Source: Clostridia bacterium
GTDB taxonomy: Bacteria; Bacillota; Dehalobacteriia; UBA7702
NCBI GenBank assembly: GCA_051866595.1
Contig: JBJDXI010000054.1
Coordinates: 1 to 58,716 of the forward strand
Length of the DNA stretch: 58,716 nucleotides
Direction of reading: 5' to 3'
The notes beneath the pieces were generated by a model. It saw only the letters and a program-made list of their open reading frames with translations. It did no database searches and was not told where the DNA came from. The position numbers were made by a program, and so were the translations under genes. Position 1 is the stretch's first letter. The number at the start of each line of letters is the position of its first letter. Positions 54,955 through 58,716 of the stretch are shown here, in pieces.

Positions 54955-57732
54955 TTATAACTTCGTCTCGATCAGATGAGCGATTTCTTTCACAGTGCCC
55001 CGGTATAATCTGGAAACCGGCAGGGAGTCCACAAAGTCACTGCCGTATCGCTTTTCGTAAATGCGTTTATCCAGCACACAGATAACACCGCGGTCATCCT
55101 CCTTCCGCAATAAACGTCCGAAGCCCTGCTTAAAACGGATGATGGCCTGAGGCAGGCTCAGTTCACCGAAGGCATTGCGGTTTTCCGCTTTCAGACGATC
55201 CATTTTTGCCGCGATGGTGGGAATATCCGGCGGCCAGAACGGCAAGCGCACAATCACCAGCAAACTGAGATTTTCACCGGCCACGTCAATACCTTCCCAA
55301 AAGCTGTTGGCACCGAGAATCACCGTCTTTTTATCTTCCCGCATACGTTTCAGCAGTGTGCTACGACTACCGCTGATCTCATGAGCCAATACCGTAACGC
55401 CTTTTTCCGCTAAAGGACGCTCCACCCGACGGAAAACCTCCCGGAGATGCATATGAGAAGTAAACAGGACCAACGCCCGGCCTTGGGATGCGGCGGTGAG
55501 AGAAATGATCGTTTCGGAAATTTCTTCCAGATATTCATATTCCGAAACGGAACCCACCAAAGGAACGTCGGTGGCGGCTAAAAGTACCGACTGATGATCG
55601 TAATCAAAAGGAGATTCCAGCAATAACTCTTTAACTTCCTTTTCCGCGAGATCCACACCGCAGGTACGGCGGTAATACCGGAAATTTCCCTTTACACTTA
55701 ACGTCGCGGAAACAAAAATGACGCTTTCTTTATAACGATACAGCGCTTCCGCCAATGCTTCGTCGATCATCAGCGGCGCCGTTTTCAAAATGGGATAAAG
55801 TGTCCGTTCATTCCCCTCTTCCAGCCAGGAGACAACATTCTTTTCTTCTCCTCCGAGAAAAGCGGCAAGGGAGGTGGTGTGCTCACACCAGCTGCTCCGT
55901 GCCACGGAAAAACGGATTTTATCGTTTTCATAGCCGTCTTCTTCCAGTTCTTCCTCAAAAACCGCGGCGGTCTTATTCAACAGATTCCGGATTTCTTCAT
56001 ACCACAGCGCCAGATTTTCCAACGCCACTTCAGCATCTATCCAGAAAGCGCTGTTCCGAACTTGCTCATCAATGCGGAGCGTACGGAAAATTCCGTTGCT
56101 GCGGCGGGCGCAGGTTTCCATCATCTCTTTCAGGGCGAAAAAGCAATCTTTACCTTTATCGCCGTTGGTTTTCAGATTTTCCATCAGCTCTTCAAGAAAA
56201 GTCTGTTTTTCCCGGATCTTTTCAAGGGTCTGTTCCGTAGCGTATAAACCGGGGAAGGAAATACGGCGGTAAAGCTTCTGCAAAACACTGTTCAGTTCTG
56301 AAAGGACGCCGGTATGATCAAAAAAGGAAAAAGAACTGCCCAAACAGTTTTCCGCCACGGTTTCCAGCTGATGCGCTTCATCTATAATAAGATAATCAGT
56401 TTTCGGCAGGATACCGCCACACATGACGGAATCCGTCAGCAATAAGGAATGGTTGATAACGATCAGATGCGCCTGTTCCGCTTCACGACGGGCCCGCCGT
56501 ACAAAACAGCGGCCATGATAATACGGACAGCGTACACCGAGACAATTTTCCGAAGCGGCAGAAAAACGGTTCCAGACCCGTTTTTCAAAGGAATTGAGAT
56601 TGAGAACGTCACCGTCGCCGTCTTCGGTATCACAAACCCAGGGAAGAATCCGTGCCATGAAAAAGACATCGTCATGATCTTCATTTTCATAGGAATTTTC
56701 CCATTTTCGGTAACATAGATAGTGACTGCGTCCTTTGATCAGCGCGGAGCGGATCGCGCCCCCAAAGCACTCGTTCAGTTCCGGAATATCCTTTTTCATA
56801 ATCTGATCCTGCAGGTGGATCGTATGCGTGCTGATAATCACAGGCTCGTGACCGTAAAGGCTCTCCAGTACGGAAGGCATCAGATAAGCAATGGTTTTGC
56901 CGGTACCGGTACCCGCTTCGGCCAAAAGATAATCTTCCTGATTAAAAGCGTCGCAGACCGCCAGGGCCATAGTCGTCTGAGAGGGCCGGCAGCGGTATCC
57001 GAAAACATACTTTATCAGGCCGTCTTCTCCCTCAAAGTAATGGAGGAGTTGTTCCCGGTCAATGATGTACTTTTCCGTTTCTTCCTCCTCATCGCTTTTT
57101 TCGCTGTCCTTTTGATAGGAAGATTTGGGTGGAAGATAGCTCTCGGCAAACACATCGGGATCAAACCGTTCAAAATACCGACGGTAAGTGGAGTAACGGT
57201 CGCCAAAGAGGTGAACCCAAGCGGCGATGATCCCTTTATCCGTCTCACGGAAGCTTTTTTCAATCAATTCAAAAAGCGCCGCCGTCGCCTCGGCATCGGC
57301 CAACGCCCGATGATGCGCCGGCGTCTCGATACCGAAATACTCCACAAGATTTACCAGAGCATAACTTTCCAGCATAGGAAAGGCCATTTTACAGAGGGTT
57401 ATCGTGTCGAGCCACTCTTCTTTCGGAATACCGGTATAGAGCTCAAGAAAGGCGCCGTCAAAAGAAGCGTTGTGGGCAAGAGGTACAGCGTCTCCCATAA
57501 AATCAATGAAATCGTCGATCACCTCTTCGATCAAAGGCTGGCCGTACAGCATTTCATCGGTAATACCGGTAATCTCGGAAATCGTTTCCGTCAGAGAAAT
57601 TTCCGGGTCAATCAGCGTCTGAAAAACCGACCGGTTTCCTTTATCGTCCATGCGCACAGCGCCGATCTCAATGATTTTATCCCTTTTCGCATTCAAACCT
57701 GTCGTTTCCAGGTCCACAATAACCCATTCCAT
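54955..57732 (-). CDS. dinG: DinG-family ATP-dependent helicase with N-terminal DnaQ-like 3'-5' exonuclease domain
   Basis: The exonuclease motifs are VIVDLETTGL, HNASFDGAF and HRALADAEA. The SF2/XPD-type helicase has AEAGTGTGKT, the DEAH box IIDEAHQL and a C-terminal helicase domain. Start at ATG 57732 (MEWVIVD), with AAAGGAG 8 nt upstream and a TGATATAAT extended -10. Confidence 0.9.
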   Translation of the reverse strand: MEWVIVDLETTGLNAKRDKIIEIGAVRMDDKGNRSVFQTLIDPEISLTETISEITGITDEMLYGQPLIEEVIDDFIDFMGDAVPLAHNASFDGAFLELYTGIPKEEWLDTITLCKMAFPMLESYALVNLVEYFGIETPAHHRALADAEATAALFELIEKSFRETDKGIIAAWVHLFGDRYSTYRRYFERFDPDVFAESYLPPKSSYQKDSEKSDEEEETEKYIIDREQLLHYFEGEDGLIKYVFGYRCRPSQTTMALAVCDAFNQEDYLLAEAGTGTGKTIAYLMPSVLESLYGHEPVIISTHTIHLQDQIMKKDIPELNECFGGAIRSALIKGRSHYLCYRKWENSYENEDHDDVFFMARILPWVCDTEDGDGDVLNLNSFEKRVWNRFSAASENCLGVRCPYYHGRCFVRRARREAEQAHLIVINHSLLLTDSVMCGGILPKTDYLIIDEAHQLETVAENCLGSSFSFFDHTGVLSELNSVLQKLYRRISFPGLYATEQTLEKIREKQTFLEELMENLKTNGDKGKDCFFALKEMMETCARRSNGIFRTLRIDEQVRNSAFWIDAEVALENLALWYEEIRNLLNKTAAVFEEELEEDGYENDKIRFSVARSSWCEHTTSLAAFLGGEEKNVVSWLEEGNERTLYPILKTAPLMIDEALAEALYRYKESVIFVSATLSVKGNFRYYRRTCGVDLAEKEVKELLLESPFDYDHQSVLLAATDVPLVGSVSEYEYLEEISETIISLTAASQGRALVLFTSHMHLREVFRRVERPLAEKGVTVLAHEISGSRSTLLKRMREDKKTVILGANSFWEGIDVAGENLSLLVIVRLPFWPPDIPTIAAKMDRLKAENRNAFGELSLPQAIIRFKQGFGRLLRKEDDRGVICVLDKRIYEKRYGSDFVDSLPVSRLYRGTVKEIAHLIETKL

Positions 57733-57785
57733 AATCGTTACTCCTTTAAAGCGTATTATATCATAAAACACTCTGCAAAAACAGT

Positions 57786-57825
57786 AAAAAAGAGCCGGTT
57801 TCAGAATGAATCTGAAAACCGGCTC
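57786..57825 (-). terminator. intrinsic terminator downstream of spoIVA
   Basis: Minus-strand RNA is GAGCCGGUUUUCAGA-uucau-UCUGAAACCGGCUC, 14 bp with one bulge, followed by U6. It lies about 105 nt after the spoIVA stop. Confidence 0.85.
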
Positions 57826-57930
57826 AAGATCTGCTGTAGATTATTTCCCATCGCTTTACGGCAGAGAGCGCTCTTACCGCCTCGCTCACATCGGATAAAT
57901 ATTTTTATCGGAACCTTTTCCGCGTTCCGA

Positions 57931-58716
57931 TTATAGAATAATACAGATAATTCCCCCGCCACCGTCATTGACCATGCGTTCCAAAGTGACTTGCAATTTA
58001 TCGCGGGCCGAATCCGGCATCGTACAAAGCTTGCTCTGTATACCTTCCTGTACCAGTGTATTCAGAGATTTACCAAAAATATTGGTATCCCACATTTTCT
58101 TGGGATCATCCTCAAATTCATCGAGGATATAGCGAACCAGCTCCTCACATTGTTTTTCCGTGCCGACCAGCGGCGTGATTTCCGTGGAGATATTGGCCCG
58201 GATCACGTGATAGCTCGGTGCCGAGGCTTTGAGCTTCACGCCGAAACGACCACCCTGTTTGATGAGCTCCGGTTCTTCCAGATACATTTCATCCAATTGC
58301 GGATTAACAATACCGTAACCGTTTTCCCGTACTTCGGCCATGGCATCCTTCAGTTTGTTCCATTCCCGGTCGGAAAGAGCATATTTGCGCATGAGACGCA
58401 TAATCGTCTGATTTCCCTCAATCTCCTCTCCGGCGTACTCACCCAGAATCCGGTAGAAGTAATCGTCGCTGACGCCGACTTCCAGCAAAGATACGCCGGT
58501 GCTAAGATCCATTTGAACAAGGGAAGCGTTTTCCGCCGCTTCAAGCTGAGCAAGGTTTTCCACCGCCCGATCCAGATCACGGATGCGGTGAATACTGTTG
58601 ACAATATCGTAGATATTGCTTTCCATATCTTTCCGCAGCCAATGGTTTTCATCAATTTCGGGAATCCATTCGGGTAAATGAACTTCCACTTCGGTAACGG
58701 GGAATTCATAAAGAGA
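57931..58716 (-). CDS. spoIVA: stage IV sporulation protein A, C-terminal ~261 codons; 5' end lies beyond the right edge
   Basis: The frame is open to the window edge (SLYEFPVTEVEVHLPEWI...). The C-terminus is ...LERMVNDGGGGIICIIL. This matches the SpoIVA middle and C-terminal domains (B. subtilis ILYEFPV ... GGLIAIIL). Confidence 0.9.
   Translation of the reverse strand, partial: SLYEFPVTEVEVHLPEWIPEIDENHWLRKDMESNIYDIVNSIHRIRDLDRAVENLAQLEAAENASLVQMDLSTGVSLLEVGVSDDYFYRILGEYAGEEIEGNQTIMRLMRKYALSDREWNKLKDAMAEVRENGYGIVNPQLDEMYLEEPELIKQGGRFGVKLKASAPSYHVIRANISTEITPLVGTEKQCEELVRYILDEFEDDPKKMWDTNIFGKSLNTLVQEGIQSKLCTMPDSARDKLQVTLERMVNDGGGGIICIIL

Noticed and set aside
1-58716. Search for CRISPR arrays, IS elements/transposases, integrases, prophage genes, toxin-antitoxin pairs, tRNA/rRNA genes and defence islands
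   Set aside because: None was found. There are no spaced direct repeats, no recombinase or transposase-like ORFs, and no intergenic region long enough for rRNA. No cloverleaf-like segments were noticed in the short spacers. Gene content and synteny are typical of a core chromosome.

Overview
58.7-kb chromosomal segment from a spore-forming Firmicute with Clostridia-type content (spoIVA, spoVB-like flippase, nrdDG, MetV-type domain). All calls come from reading the six-frame translations and the raw sequence and from recalled family motifs; no database search was run. I call 54 CDS, 50 of them on the minus strand. They are tightly packed, with many 1-, 4- and 8-20-nt start/stop overlaps. Read on the minus strand (right to left), the blocks are as follows. 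(1) spoIVA (partial), an exonuclease-DinG fusion, a small Cys-rich protein, and folE-lepB-surE. (2) A stand-alone EF-G2-type paralog. (3) An insulated response regulator / histidine kinase / ABC ATPase / 820-aa FtsX-permease cassette. (4) zur-znuACB. (5) A TrmH-family methyltransferase, then pheS-pheT-zapA, a Nif3-like gene, a long U32-family gene and mutS2. (6) A GNAT gene, a YpsA-like SLOG gene and a 70-aa ORF. (7) A fused MetF/MetV-like gene overlapping an Lrp regulator plus aminotransferase (alaR/alaT-like) pair, then trkA-trkH. (8) dnaD-like, dnaI-like, a C-N hydrolase and a DUF896 protein with a His/Cys tail. (9) nrdD-nrdG. (10) The conserved priA-def-fmt-(Zn peptidase)-rsmB-rlmN-prpC-prkC-rsgA-rpe cluster. 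(11) An FMN-riboswitch-controlled ribD-ribE-ribBA-ribH operon, with ribH truncated at the left edge. The plus strand carries only an NSS-family transporter with a 39-codon partner ORF absent from the ORF track, a SpoVB/MurJ-type flippase and a small membrane protein. I found no rRNA, tRNA, CRISPR array, IS/transposase, integrase or prophage signature. I see no convincing novel multi-gene system; this is mostly core housekeeping DNA. The observations most worth a second look are: the His18/Cys3 tail on the DUF896 protein; the MetP/MetS-like transporter pair with its unannotated micro-ORF; a pheS leader that has a promoter plus intrinsic terminator but no T-box; the fused MetF-MetV-like protein coupled to an alaR/alaT-like pair; an EF-G paralog with Phe in place of the catalytic His; and a structured sORF-rich spacer upstream of a Cys-rich mini-protein. 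The very long antisense ORFs (up to 759 aa) are codon-aligned shadow ORFs and were rejected.
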